IMG/VR virus record: IMGVR_UViG_3300025151_000035
Location: 1-62,795 of that record
DNA from: a virus
Taxonomy: Duplodnaviria > Caudoviricetes
DNA: 62,795 nt
Strand: one strand, 5' to 3'
Position 1 is the stretch's first letter; every line of letters begins with the position of its first letter. Shown here in pieces: positions 31,033-40,569 of the stretch. Made by a program: the position numbers and the translations under genes. The notes beneath the pieces are model-generated. The model was not told the origin of the DNA. It made no database searches and saw nothing but the letters and a program-made list of their open reading frames with translations.

Positions 31033-31388
31033 CCTACTGCCCAGTGACCGTATTCACATATACAAGCTCCTGTATCAGCTATAAGCTCTAGCCCTGAAGA
31101 TGCTGCTAAAGGAAATAATGCAAACTCTCCAGCTCTAAGTATAGCTAAAGTATCATCTGCAGTATTCTTAACTCTAACATAGTTTGTAGCATCTGTATTA
31201 CGTATGTATACATAAGATTGTACATTAGTATTTGCCAGTATTACAGTATCTCCTACTGTAGCTACAGAAACCTTTGCCATATTAAGCAAAGGTTCTGTTA
31301 CCGTTACTAACTTTTCTACAGCGTAATCTACTTTATCTGGCCCTACAGTAGAGCTTGATACATTGAGTCTGAATTTTACTGTTGCCAT
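31029..31388 (-). CDS. small beta-rich structural protein
   Basis: 119 aa; YVYIRNTD...LRAGEFALFP; ATGA-type overlap with the next gene. Confidence 0.6.
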   Translation of the reverse strand: MATVKFRLNVSSSTVGPDKVDYAVEKLVTVTEPLLNMAKVSVATVGDTVILANTNVQSYVYIRNTDATNYVRVKNTADDTLAILRAGEFALFPLAASSGLELIADTGACICEYGHWAVG

Positions 31389-31391
31389 TTT

Positions 31392-31799
31392 TTACACTAT
31401 TAATAGTTTTAAACCTCTTATCTGTTGTGCGTTTATTTTATTAGGTAGCATATTACTTGGAATTTTGATAAGTTCTATTTCAACTTGATCTTGCAGCATT
31501 GCTTCTACTGTAGCAATTTGCTTTTTCCTTTCATCTACTAACTCAGCATTTTGCTCTTCAAGTTCTGCGATCTTTTCTTGATCACCTTGCACCTCTTGAA
31601 TAATTTTTGCAAATGCTTCAAATTCCTTAGACGGTTTCATAACCTCATCTAAAGGCTTAAGTCGCTCTTCAATATTTGACATATTGATAGCAACCTTACT
31701 TGCAAATTTCAAACCTTCCAATTCTTGAACACCGTAGAGTGCTTGCAGTAAGTCTACTGCTTGTTGAATTGTTACTACTTCTGTTTCTGACTTTCCCAT
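31392..31799 (-). CDS. hypothetical coiled-coil protein (possible fibre chaperone)
   Basis: 135-aa helical ORF directly downstream of the fibre gene. Confidence 0.55.
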   Translation of the reverse strand: MGKSETEVVTIQQAVDLLQALYGVQELEGLKFASKVAINMSNIEERLKPLDEVMKPSKEFEAFAKIIQEVQGDQEKIAELEEQNAELVDERKKQIATVEAMLQDQVEIELIKIPSNMLPNKINAQQIRGLKLLIV

Positions 31800-31835
31800 T
31801 TTAATTTATAATTGATAATTGATTAAACTTCCCTT

Positions 31836-33215
31836 TTAAGCAATTGCATAACCATGGCCCCCCATAACATGCCATCCTGCATTTGTAAATAATAAAGATA
31901 CGCTATCTCCAACTGCATCAAATGTGATAGTGGTTCCTTGTGCAAAATTTGATGGGGTAAGTGTTCCATTACCTCCATCTGTCTTCATTACAATATATTT
32001 TGTTTGACCCTCTACACCGTCAGCAAGAGTCAGTGCATCTGCTCCTGTTGTAACAATCCATGTAATTGCACTGGTCACATCTACTGCTCCTGGACCTGTA
32101 AGAGTCTGTGGAGTCTCACTGAACTGTAAGTAACCATTAGGTATCTGTACATTCTGAGCATTTGTAACTGTAACTCCAGGTAGTGGAGATCCTGCGCCTG
32201 ATCCAGAATAAGTAGTAAGGCTTAGAGACCCTCCTGCACCTGAAGATCCTCCAGGACCTCCAAATACGGTCATACTTCCACCATTACCATTTCCTGCACC
32301 CGTACCTCCTGTAATAGACATGGTTCCTCCATTGTTATTAGAGGCCCCTGTAGATCCTTGAATAGTAAGTCCTGCTCCGGATCCGCTTGCTGCAGTTTTT
32401 ACACCTATTGTATAAGCTTTATAAACAGCATCGTTACCTATCTCTATAGCATTAGAAGATGCTCCTTGTAGAGATAGTTGTGCAGTACTTGCATCAGTAG
32501 CGTGAGTTCCATCTTGAATTATAACCCTACCGTTAGCATCAACTGTAACACCTTCATCTGTACCATCTCCAGATAACCATGATTGTCCAGCTGCAGCATC
32601 AAGATTGATATTATAGGTATTCATATCAATATCACCTGCTGCACTTGAGAAGGTTGAAGCCAGTGTGATGGTTCCTGCTCCGTTGGTAACAGTCATGTTT
32701 GTACCTGCAGTAAGGGTTGCTACACTTGGGTATCCGTTTGTAGCATTACCTATAAGGAGCTGTCCATTAGTAGCTAAAGGACTTGTAGCAGCAATTGTAT
32801 TAGTTGCAGATGCATATAGCATTGCTCCTTTTGCAATAGAGGTCAGTCCTGTACCACCGTTTGTAACTCCTAATGCACCTGTAACATTAGATGCCAGATT
32901 AACTGTACTCAAAAATGCTGATGTAGAGTTATTACATTGACTTAGGTCTATGCCTGCTTCAAGAACTGTAAGTACAATATTGTCAGATGCAGTAGCTACT
33001 GTAAGTAGTCCTGTGTCTCCTGACTTTATACCTTTAAAGTTAAGCTGGTTTTTACTTGTAATATCCTTATACAGACTTTCAGCACCTGCACCTGCAGTTG
33101 CTAAGGCAGGAAATAAGGATTGAAGTTGAAACTTCTTTTTACCTGTAACCGGGATATAGTCTCCCGAAGCTACACTTGTTTTGGCTAATGTGGTCCAATT
33201 TTTTACTTCTGACAT
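31836..33215 (-). CDS. tail fibre protein
   Basis: 459 aa, Gly/Thr/Ala-rich; LNFKGIK, VTNGGTG and LTAGTNMTVTNGAGTITL fibre motifs; Gly-rich beta-helix-like tract. Confidence 0.75.
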   Translation of the reverse strand: MSEVKNWTTLAKTSVASGDYIPVTGKKKFQLQSLFPALATAGAGAESLYKDITSKNQLNFKGIKSGDTGLLTVATASDNIVLTVLEAGIDLSQCNNSTSAFLSTVNLASNVTGALGVTNGGTGLTSIAKGAMLYASATNTIAATSPLATNGQLLIGNATNGYPSVATLTAGTNMTVTNGAGTITLASTFSSAAGDIDMNTYNINLDAAAGQSWLSGDGTDEGVTVDANGRVIIQDGTHATDASTAQLSLQGASSNAIEIGNDAVYKAYTIGVKTAASGSGAGLTIQGSTGASNNNGGTMSITGGTGAGNGNGGSMTVFGGPGGSSGAGGSLSLTTYSGSGAGSPLPGVTVTNAQNVQIPNGYLQFSETPQTLTGPGAVDVTSAITWIVTTGADALTLADGVEGQTKYIVMKTDGGNGTLTPSNFAQGTTITFDAVGDSVSLLFTNAGWHVMGGHGYAIA

Positions 33216-33232
33216 TGTTCAGTTCTTTAATG

Positions 33233-36200
33233 TTAGAGATCTAATTCTTCTCCTTCTATATTTAGAGATGTGCCATCTTCTGTTGCAGGTGTTCTAGCGT
33301 CAGAAGTAGGTCTAGGGTTATTGTCAATAGGTGTAAATCCAGGTATGTTACAGTCTTTACATTCTTGTCTAATGTACGCAAGATATTTATCGAGCCTGTT
33401 AGTTATATCTGCAAACTCAAAAGGTTCTTTGCAGTACTCCCAGTACTGTAATCCTGCTTGCGTTTCAGGATCTGATCCTACGACGTAAGATCCTATGTTA
33501 GGGTTGAGTGTCATTGTGTAAATATCATCACTTGTAGGATGCTTCACTATATCTCCCCATACGTAAGTTGCAGTTGCAGACCATGTAAGAGAGTCTCCTG
33601 ATGGTCCACCTTCGCTCCATTTGTCTCCACATGTAGTACCTTGAGGTGTTTCGCTATAAGTAGGAGATAGAGAGTCTGCACAGTTATACACACATTCAAG
33701 ACCTTTTCTTGAGATGATATATCTCATAAGCTTTAGAACAATTGCATCCTTTGTTTTACAAGGAGTTGTTCTACCTGCTTTGATCATGTTATAAAGTGTG
33801 TTAAGTTTTCCGTTAAGACACTTATCCAGTTCTTTTCTTATCTGCTCTGTTTGACCAGGGACACAAGGAGACTGCCCAAATGTGTATTCACACTGAGAAG
33901 CTCTTGTTAAAGGATCAGATGCATTAGCTGCAGGATTATAGTTATCTGCATAAATGTCCATACATCCGTATACTATAGTTGTATTTACACCTAGCGTATA
34001 ATCATCTGTACATCCGTTACCGTCAGTTACAGTTACTGTATATACTCCGTCTGCAAGATCTGGTCCTACAGTAGTATCTTCTGTAGTTATAGATGCTCCT
34101 GTCTCATTGTTTACCCAAGTTACACTATAAGATGTAGTGATGTTTGTAAATGAGATAGTTATAGCTCCTGTATCTTCTACAGTTATAGAGTTTATTATCT
34201 GCTCGCTACAAGCATTAAAACATGATCCATCATCGATAGTTGCATTGGGATCATAGTTAGTAGCCTGTGGATCTGTACAACCTATTACTCCATATATACA
34301 GGATCCGTCATTGATCTCTGCGTTTGGATTAAAGTTAGCTGCTTCAGGATCAGTACATCCTAATACAGGGTATGAACAAGAGCCATCATTTACTGTAGCA
34401 CTTGGATTATAGTTTTCTGCAGCAGGATCAGTACATCCAGGTACTTCAGGTTCTGGATCAGGAGGACAGTTGAATAATGCTTCTCCAAGCTCAAATGTTT
34501 CTGTATATATTTTACAGTTTGGATTAGCAGAGTTAAGATTTAATGATACATATACTGTATCACCTTGTTCAACAATTACAGGATCTGAAAGATCGTATTG
34601 AGTATTATTAACTGTAAAGTATCCTCCCACAAGAGACGTTCCTTCTGGGAAATTGTAGTTAATATGCATAGCTCCTGTACAAGGATCTATATCAAGATCT
34701 ACAAAAGCTTCGCAGTCAGACTCTCCTTCTTGATACCCTATGTAATAGTAATAAGTAGCAATGCATGTAGCGCTTCCTGTTCCGGGTACTACTTTAACTG
34801 CATACCACCCTGAAGCAAGAGTACTAAAAGTTGTAGCTGGACTCGTAGCTCCTGTTTCTGTAGCTATAGCTGCACTAAGAGCTCCTCCATTTCCAGTAGT
34901 AGTGTGAAGTGTAATATCAAAATCACTAGCTATAAACGGATCTACTGAAGGATCTATCTGTCCTGAAAATTGTATAGAGCCATCTGTAGCTACATTCGTG
35001 CTTGCATTTGTAATAGTTGTACCAGAATCCGATACAAAGTTTCCTACAACAACTCCTCCAACTATAAGCTGTCCTGTAGACTTACATAATATACATGATC
35101 CGTCATCTACGGTAGCATTAGAATTATAGTTAAAAGAGTTAGAGTCTGTACATCCTTCAAGGTTATTTAAGCTGCCTTCTGAGATAGGCATGTATACCTT
35201 AAAGCTTCTTGTACATCCTCCTGAAGCACCAGCATCATTTACACTGATCGTGTACAATCCTCCAGCTGTAGCTTGTGTACCGGATACACCTGTAAAAGTG
35301 TGGCTTGTAGAAGATGTAGCTCCAGGATTAGGAGTTCCACCATAAGTTACTCCGGACGGTACTGTAAGAAGGTATGTATAGTTAGCTGTACCTCCTGATA
35401 CAGTGATAGTAAATGTACCATCATTAGCAGCTGTACTAGTAGCAGGAGTTATAGTCAATCCTGCAGTCATGCCTAGACAGTCTACTGCACATCCACATCC
35501 ATCATTAAATATTGCGTTAGTACTTCCATTAAGTACATCTGCAGGTATAGCTACTCCACTACAGTTTTGACCTGTGGTAGTAAAGTAAGAAGGGGAGGCA
35601 GGATCTTTACAGACATCGTACGACCTACTTGTTTTACATGATCTAAGATCAAGTGACCAATCAAATGCTATTATGGCCCCGTAGTTTGTAGTTACATCGT
35701 ATAGAGCATGCATAAAGAGCCCTGCTCCTCCCGCCATTGGATCTATACCTAATGCATAAAGATCTTGAATTGTAGTATTTACAGCTGTTACAAATCTTAC
35801 ATGCTGTAATCCTTGTATAGTAGATACTGGTAACCCTCCTGAATAACCGTTAGCTAACCAAGTATTGCTAATAACACTCCCATTAAAATTAAATAGACTT
35901 GTTTCAGGCTGCTCCCATAGATTCTGGTAACCAAATACATTTCCAGGATCTGATATTGCAAGAGCTGCATAAGTGTTGACCTGATTTTGTAACCCACGTC
36001 CAAATGCAGATTGAATGTAGTTCATATCTACAGAGCAATCTCCTGCAAGACCTACATGTCCGGTTGTAAATTGTGCTACGGCTCTATTTGTGCCAAGAAC
36101 ATCTACGTTTATATCTGCAGTGTACCCTGACTGAAAAGTTACCTGATAGGTTTTAAAGCCTCCTATAGGAGAGTTATAGTTGAGGTATTTTATAGTTACC

Positions 36201-36361
36201 TTATTGAGAGAGTATTCTACACTGCTAGGTGCAACTCCTCCTACGGTAACATCTTCTACATTTCCTAAAGGATCGTGTCCAAAATCAGAAGAGTAATTAA
36301 AGATTACGTATAGAGTATCTTGATATACCCCTGAAAGACCACTTATGTGCTTTTTAACCAT
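33233..36361 (-). CDS. tail hub/fibre-like protein with GCTD-NYNP-DGSC repeats and SprB-like repeats
   Basis: About 1042 aa (start at the TAATG overlap, 36361); five GC(T/M)D..(A/S).N(Y/F) repeats; DGVYTVTVTDGNGC; C-terminal W...Y..GD.V carbohydrate-binding-like motif. Confidence 0.65.
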   Translation of the reverse strand: MVKKHISGLSGVYQDTLYVIFNYSSDFGHDPLGNVEDVTVGGVAPSSVEYSLNKVTIKYLNYNSPIGGFKTYQVTFQSGYTADINVDVLGTNRAVAQFTTGHVGLAGDCSVDMNYIQSAFGRGLQNQVNTYAALAISDPGNVFGYQNLWEQPETSLFNFNGSVISNTWLANGYSGGLPVSTIQGLQHVRFVTAVNTTIQDLYALGIDPMAGGAGLFMHALYDVTTNYGAIIAFDWSLDLRSCKTSRSYDVCKDPASPSYFTTTGQNCSGVAIPADVLNGSTNAIFNDGCGCAVDCLGMTAGLTITPATSTAANDGTFTITVSGGTANYTYLLTVPSGVTYGGTPNPGATSSTSHTFTGVSGTQATAGGLYTISVNDAGASGGCTRSFKVYMPISEGSLNNLEGCTDSNSFNYNSNATVDDGSCILCKSTGQLIVGGVVVGNFVSDSGTTITNASTNVATDGSIQFSGQIDPSVDPFIASDFDITLHTTTGNGGALSAAIATETGATSPATTFSTLASGWYAVKVVPGTGSATCIATYYYYIGYQEGESDCEAFVDLDIDPCTGAMHINYNFPEGTSLVGGYFTVNNTQYDLSDPVIVEQGDTVYVSLNLNSANPNCKIYTETFELGEALFNCPPDPEPEVPGCTDPAAENYNPSATVNDGSCSYPVLGCTDPEAANFNPNAEINDGSCIYGVIGCTDPQATNYDPNATIDDGSCFNACSEQIINSITVEDTGAITISFTNITTSYSVTWVNNETGASITTEDTTVGPDLADGVYTVTVTDGNGCTDDYTLGVNTTIVYGCMDIYADNYNPAANASDPLTRASQCEYTFGQSPCVPGQTEQIRKELDKCLNGKLNTLYNMIKAGRTTPCKTKDAIVLKLMRYIISRKGLECVYNCADSLSPTYSETPQGTTCGDKWSEGGPSGDSLTWSATATYVWGDIVKHPTSDDIYTMTLNPNIGSYVVGSDPETQAGLQYWEYCKEPFEFADITNRLDKYLAYIRQECKDCNIPGFTPIDNNPRPTSDARTPATEDGTSLNIEGEELDL

Positions 36362-36867
36362 TAGCAATTACATCCACAGCTATCAGAACATAGTTCTAAA
36401 GCCTTGTTATACTTACCTCTACTGTTAGTTATAATAGCTGTGTTTGCAGCTTCATCTCCTCCGATCTGTGCTAGTTCAGTTTCTATTGCTGCGATCAATA
36501 GATGAACTCTCTCTGCAACTATAAGTGTGTCGTTACACTTTGTACAGCTGCAGTCGCATCCTAGTAAGGAGTCTACTTTCTTTGCAATGCAACAGTCCAG
36601 ATCACACTTACCTAAAGCTCCTGCATAAGCTATAGTTCCACTTCCAGAATCTATAGCTGTAATTTCAAATACACCAGCTTGTGATCCTACAGTAGTACTT
36701 AGATAAATTGCTGTTGTATAGTTTCCTGACAGATTTGCATCTGCAGATATAAGATAGGAGTTGGATCCGTCTGATACTGTAATAGATACTTCTGCTTGAG
36801 AAGTAGCTCCTGTTACAGATATACTCATAAATCTACAATCTCCTGTAATACTGGCTGTAAGGTTCAT
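36361..36867 (-). CDS. Cys-rich tail hub-like structural protein
   Basis: 168 aa; CDLDCCIAK...CDCSCTKC...CSDSCGCNC; coupled to the next gene. Confidence 0.6.
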   Translation of the reverse strand: MNLTASITGDCRFMSISVTGATSQAEVSITVSDGSNSYLISADANLSGNYTTAIYLSTTVGSQAGVFEITAIDSGSGTIAYAGALGKCDLDCCIAKKVDSLLGCDCSCTKCNDTLIVAERVHLLIAAIETELAQIGGDEAANTAIITNSRGKYNKALELCSDSCGCNC

Positions 36868-36886
36868 TGCGAATATTTTAAAAAAT

Positions 36887-36925
36887 AAAAACCGAGAAGG
36901 AGGTTAATTCCTCCCTCCCGGTTTT
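36887..36925 (-). terminator. intrinsic terminator after the capsid-accessory genes
   Basis: Minus strand AACCGGGAGGGAGG-AATTAA-CCTCCTTCTCGGTT followed by a T-rich tract. Confidence 0.75.
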
Positions 36926-36945
36926 AAATTAAATCAAGTTCTGGA

Positions 36946-37431
36946 TTATGATAAATCCCCAGTAAGAACGTACTCTACGTATACTGTCATTTTACCAGCT
37001 GTAACTGTGTTAGTTGCAGTAGTAATCATGATTTCCTCGTTAGCCGTACAGTGGATAGCAGTTGCTGCGATAGCAGCGGCTCCTGCAATTGCAGTTCTTG
37101 CATTTCCGTCTAGTGCTGGAACTCCAACTAAAGTTCCTCGAACTCCTGCATCCCAAACATTTCCTGCAGCACTAATTGCAATTGCAGCTACCATATTGTC
37201 ATCGTTGGAAGTAGTTCCAAGCTTAATAGTAGCAGCATCACTACCTCCACCTGCAAAGGTAGTGTGTACATGATACCATGCTCTAGTAATTACAGCTCCG
37301 TCAGGAATAAATACTCCTGATTTTACAATATCTGCAGCAGCTAGTGTGCCTGTTTCTGCAATATCAAAGGTTGCTTCTGCACAGTGTAGAATACCTGGCT
37401 TATTTTTCTGTGATAATTGATGTGTTGCCAT
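36946..37431 (-). CDS. putative head decoration/fibre protein
   Basis: 161 aa, Ala/Thr-rich beta-sandwich-like (IPDGAVITRAW...TAGKMTVYVEY); in the capsid operon. Confidence 0.6.
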   Translation of the reverse strand: MATHQLSQKNKPGILHCAEATFDIAETGTLAAADIVKSGVFIPDGAVITRAWYHVHTTFAGGGSDAATIKLGTTSNDDNMVAAIAISAAGNVWDAGVRGTLVGVPALDGNARTAIAGAAAIAATAIHCTANEEIMITTATNTVTAGKMTVYVEYVLTGDLS

Positions 37432-37460
37432 CTTTTCTAAATTTTATAAGTTAACAATTA

Positions 37461-38381
37461 TTATAGATTGACTGCACCAAAAGCTCCAGGACAAGATGCC
37501 AACCATGGGTTGATCTTGTTTTCAAAAACTGCACCATCAGCATCTCCTGCTGGAGAAGCGACAATGATTTCCCTGTAGTTATCTACACCTCTGATGTTAC
37601 CTTCTGAAGCGTTACCAAAACGAAGCTTGTAAAGATCGTAAGTAGTAGCAGCTACAGCGTAAGCAGTAGGAGTGTTAGGAAGCTCTACTCTGTTGTAGAA
37701 TCCTCGACCCATACCTTGTAGGCTTTTTTCTAGCTCTACGATAAGGTTACCGTCACCACCGTTTCCTAGATCAGGAGTTCCAGTAGTAGCGTTTACAGCT
37801 ACAGTGCCTGTAGTACCGTAAGTTCCGTCTAGATTTTGCAATACAGTTTCAAAAGACGAAAGCAATGTGTAAGGATCGCTATCAAACGTCTTACCTACAA
37901 TTGTTAACACGCCTGCACCACTATCTGCAACACTTTCTATAAAATCAGGAAGGTTACCATTCATTAAATCAAAGATACCAGTAGCAACTTGTGCGTTAGT
38001 AGCAGTAGCTCCTGCAGAAAAAGTATAGCTTTTACGCTCAAATTGAGCTTGACCTGGAGTTCTAGAAACTAGTTTTAAAGTAGCATCAAATGCTGCACTA
38101 GCTCCAGTAGCAAAAGTAACTGTAGTAGTTTGAGGCTGTTGCGCAGCGTAAGATTGTCCTGCCCAGTTAGTAACTGAGGTACCATCGATCCAAGGACTTA
38201 CAATGTTGTGTGAAGCAGTTCCTTGAACAATTCGGATTGCAGCATAGTCTGAAATAGTTTCTCCTGGTGCAAGAGAAGTAGGTCCAGCAGAAGATAGACC
38301 TTGAACGTCGATAGCGCCTGCTGCAAGAAGTCCACCGGAGTAGCTTGCTGTAGCACCATCTGAAATTAATAGCTGTCTCAT
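37461..38381 (-). CDS. putative auxiliary capsid protein
   Basis: 306 aa, Ala/Thr/Gly-rich; position matches crAss-like auxiliary capsid genes. Confidence 0.6.
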   Translation of the reverse strand: MRQLLISDGATASYSGGLLAAGAIDVQGLSSAGPTSLAPGETISDYAAIRIVQGTASHNIVSPWIDGTSVTNWAGQSYAAQQPQTTTVTFATGASAAFDATLKLVSRTPGQAQFERKSYTFSAGATATNAQVATGIFDLMNGNLPDFIESVADSGAGVLTIVGKTFDSDPYTLLSSFETVLQNLDGTYGTTGTVAVNATTGTPDLGNGGDGNLIVELEKSLQGMGRGFYNRVELPNTPTAYAVAATTYDLYKLRFGNASEGNIRGVDNYREIIVASPAGDADGAVFENKINPWLASCPGAFGAVNL

Positions 38382-38411
38382 AGCTTATTATTTTAAAATT
38401 GATAAATAGAA

Positions 38412-39566
38412 TTATTCTCTGTTAATAGATTCTGCTACCTGAGTCTTATACCTTGGATCAGCAGACTCTTCTAGAATTGAAGAAGCAGCCATAGCTATTA
38501 TTTCCTCATGTGTGTGATCTGGTAGTTCACAATCTGTTGTCAAAGATAAGTTAATAGGTTGTGGATTTCTTAGATACGTAATTTTTGCACTAGATGTTAT
38601 AAATATAGCATTACTGTAGATATCTATAAAGTTACCTCTTATTGTAGTTAGTGGAGAGGTATGAGTAGTACTATTGAAAGGATCGTCTAAAAGACGGAAT
38701 ATATCGTCTTGTTGTGAAAACTTATTTAAGACCATATCCTCTGTATAAGTACTATCTCTAGGCTCTCTTACAAGGTTATTACTTTGATCTTCAAACTGAG
38801 GTGGTACAGAGTTTATCTGATCATTATTATCTATAGATACAAGAGGTGTAGGTGTACCTAAAGAAGCATCATGAATAAACCATGGGTACGTGTCCGGATC
38901 GACAATTACAATAAAATTGCTCGGTGCGTTTAATGGACCATAAGACTCCCAATATATTTCAAAACCAGGTTGAGGATTAGCTATAAGATCTGCTCTAACC
39001 TCATTTATAAACTGTGGATATGCACCGGATGTATAACCAAGAGCTAAAAGATCACTGCTAGGATTCCATACTGTAGGAAAGTTTGTAGTAGGATTTGTAC
39101 CGAACTCGGTATGCTGCATTCTAATGCTATCTACAAACTCATTACCGTTCACTAATAGCTGATCAAAAGTGAATGTAAAATAGTATATATCCGGCCTAGC
39201 TATAAGATTGTAAGCTATAGGCTGACAATCATTTATAAAGACTTTAGATCTTTGGTTTACCAGGTACATATAGTTTGCTGGTAATTGAAATTGATCGACA
39301 AAGACACGCCCAGGTCTGAGTACTTCTTTAAACGTTACGCCTGATTCGTACTCTGTAAGTAGTGTACGAAGTTCATCTATACGTTTCTGTGATTCTTCAA
39401 AACCTTCCTGATATACATTATTCTTCCCGTACCTCTGGTTTATAAATCTCTGCATAGCACGATTCAGCTCCAGATCAATTTCTTGATCTAGAAGCTGGTC
39501 GGCTCTTTGCGAGTTTATCCTGTCTACCGTTTGGCGCAGGGAAATATGCATATCAGTTACGTTCAC
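38412..39566 (-). CDS. ring / head-tail adaptor protein
   Basis: 384 aa; EIDLELNRA...GFEESQKRIDELRTL and YLRNP...CELPDHTHEEII motifs conserved in crAss-like ring proteins. Confidence 0.75.
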   Translation of the reverse strand: MNVTDMHISLRQTVDRINSQRADQLLDQEIDLELNRAMQRFINQRYGKNNVYQEGFEESQKRIDELRTLLTEYESGVTFKEVLRPGRVFVDQFQLPANYMYLVNQRSKVFINDCQPIAYNLIARPDIYYFTFTFDQLLVNGNEFVDSIRMQHTEFGTNPTTNFPTVWNPSSDLLALGYTSGAYPQFINEVRADLIANPQPGFEIYWESYGPLNAPSNFIVIVDPDTYPWFIHDASLGTPTPLVSIDNNDQINSVPPQFEDQSNNLVREPRDSTYTEDMVLNKFSQQDDIFRLLDDPFNSTTHTSPLTTIRGNFIDIYSNAIFITSSAKITYLRNPQPINLSLTTDCELPDHTHEEIIAMAASSILEESADPRYKTQVAESINRE

Positions 39567-39573
39567 TGTCTAT

Positions 39574-40470
39574 CTATTTAGAGAGTTCTTTATGTCGAAG
39601 TCTAAGAGTGTTGAGTAGCCCTGAATGTTTAGGGCTTTTAAGTACTCTTATAGCATCATCCATATCCTCCCCTACGGTCTCGTCTACATTTACAATAGCG
39701 TTACCTATCTTATTAAGTACGCCTGATTCTATAAACGTTGCTATTTCAGCTCTTATATCCAGATTTTCATCTGTAGCAAATTTAAGGAATTTTGCCGGAT
39801 CTTTCTGCTTGATATCATAAAGCATGTTCTCTATCTGCTCAGAGTCGTACTTATCTACACTTACGTTACTAAGTACACGAGCGATATTCCTCATTCTTGT
39901 ATGATCATCAGAAGCTTTGATAAACTCTCTATCTGCACGTTTTGCAAGCTGTACTTTATTGTTCTTCTTCTTATCATCCTTAGAAGGATCTTGAATGTAG
40001 AATCTTATACGAGTACTTTTCATCATCTCTTCTTCGCTATCTGCTACAAGAGGATGTCTTTTTGCAAACTTATACTTGATGTAATCCATTAGATTTAATG
40101 GCTCACCATCCATATCTGTTCCGATCTCAAGTTCTACTCCGGTAAATCCTACACCGATACGTAGCTCTGCCCAGAACTTACGCACGTAACGAGACCACTC
40201 TCTATCTTCAGGACCTACATCTAGTAGAGTTCTAAGATATTTTGTCTCTGTTTCCGTGTCTGTAAATCCTCGGATAGGTTGACGGTTAACAAATACACTT
40301 GATAGTTTAACAACTGCTTCAGCTCTGATTTCCTTTGGAAGGTGGCTAGCAATTTCTTTTCTTCGGAGATATACCTTTTTGGTACCGAAGTTTTCTGGAG
40401 TTTTTGTCTCGACTGTCTCCTCTTTAGCCGCTGCTTTAGGTGCAGACCCCTTTTTTGTACGTGTTGTCAT
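39574..40470 (-). CDS. conserved crAss-like protein downstream of the MCP
   Basis: 298 aa; FW...PLNLMDYIKYKF...HPLVA pattern; synteny. Confidence 0.7.
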   Translation of the reverse strand: MTTRTKKGSAPKAAAKEETVETKTPENFGTKKVYLRRKEIASHLPKEIRAEAVVKLSSVFVNRQPIRGFTDTETETKYLRTLLDVGPEDREWSRYVRKFWAELRIGVGFTGVELEIGTDMDGEPLNLMDYIKYKFAKRHPLVADSEEEMMKSTRIRFYIQDPSKDDKKKNNKVQLAKRADREFIKASDDHTRMRNIARVLSNVSVDKYDSEQIENMLYDIKQKDPAKFLKFATDENLDIRAEIATFIESGVLNKIGNAIVNVDETVGEDMDDAIRVLKSPKHSGLLNTLRLRHKELSK

Positions 40471-40519
40471 AGTTCTTTCTAGTTAAGGTTTTCAGGGTGA
40501 AAAGAATAACTCACCTGAA

Positions 40520-40553
40520 AGTAGAAATAGGAAGGGAGATTGCTCTCCCCTCC
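40520..40553 (-). terminator. intrinsic terminator after the major capsid gene
   Basis: Minus strand GGAGGGGAGA-GCAA-TCTCCCTTCC-TATTTCT; a second hairpin follows at 40490-40520. Confidence 0.7.
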
Positions 40554-40569
40554 TTTATCTACAGTTATA

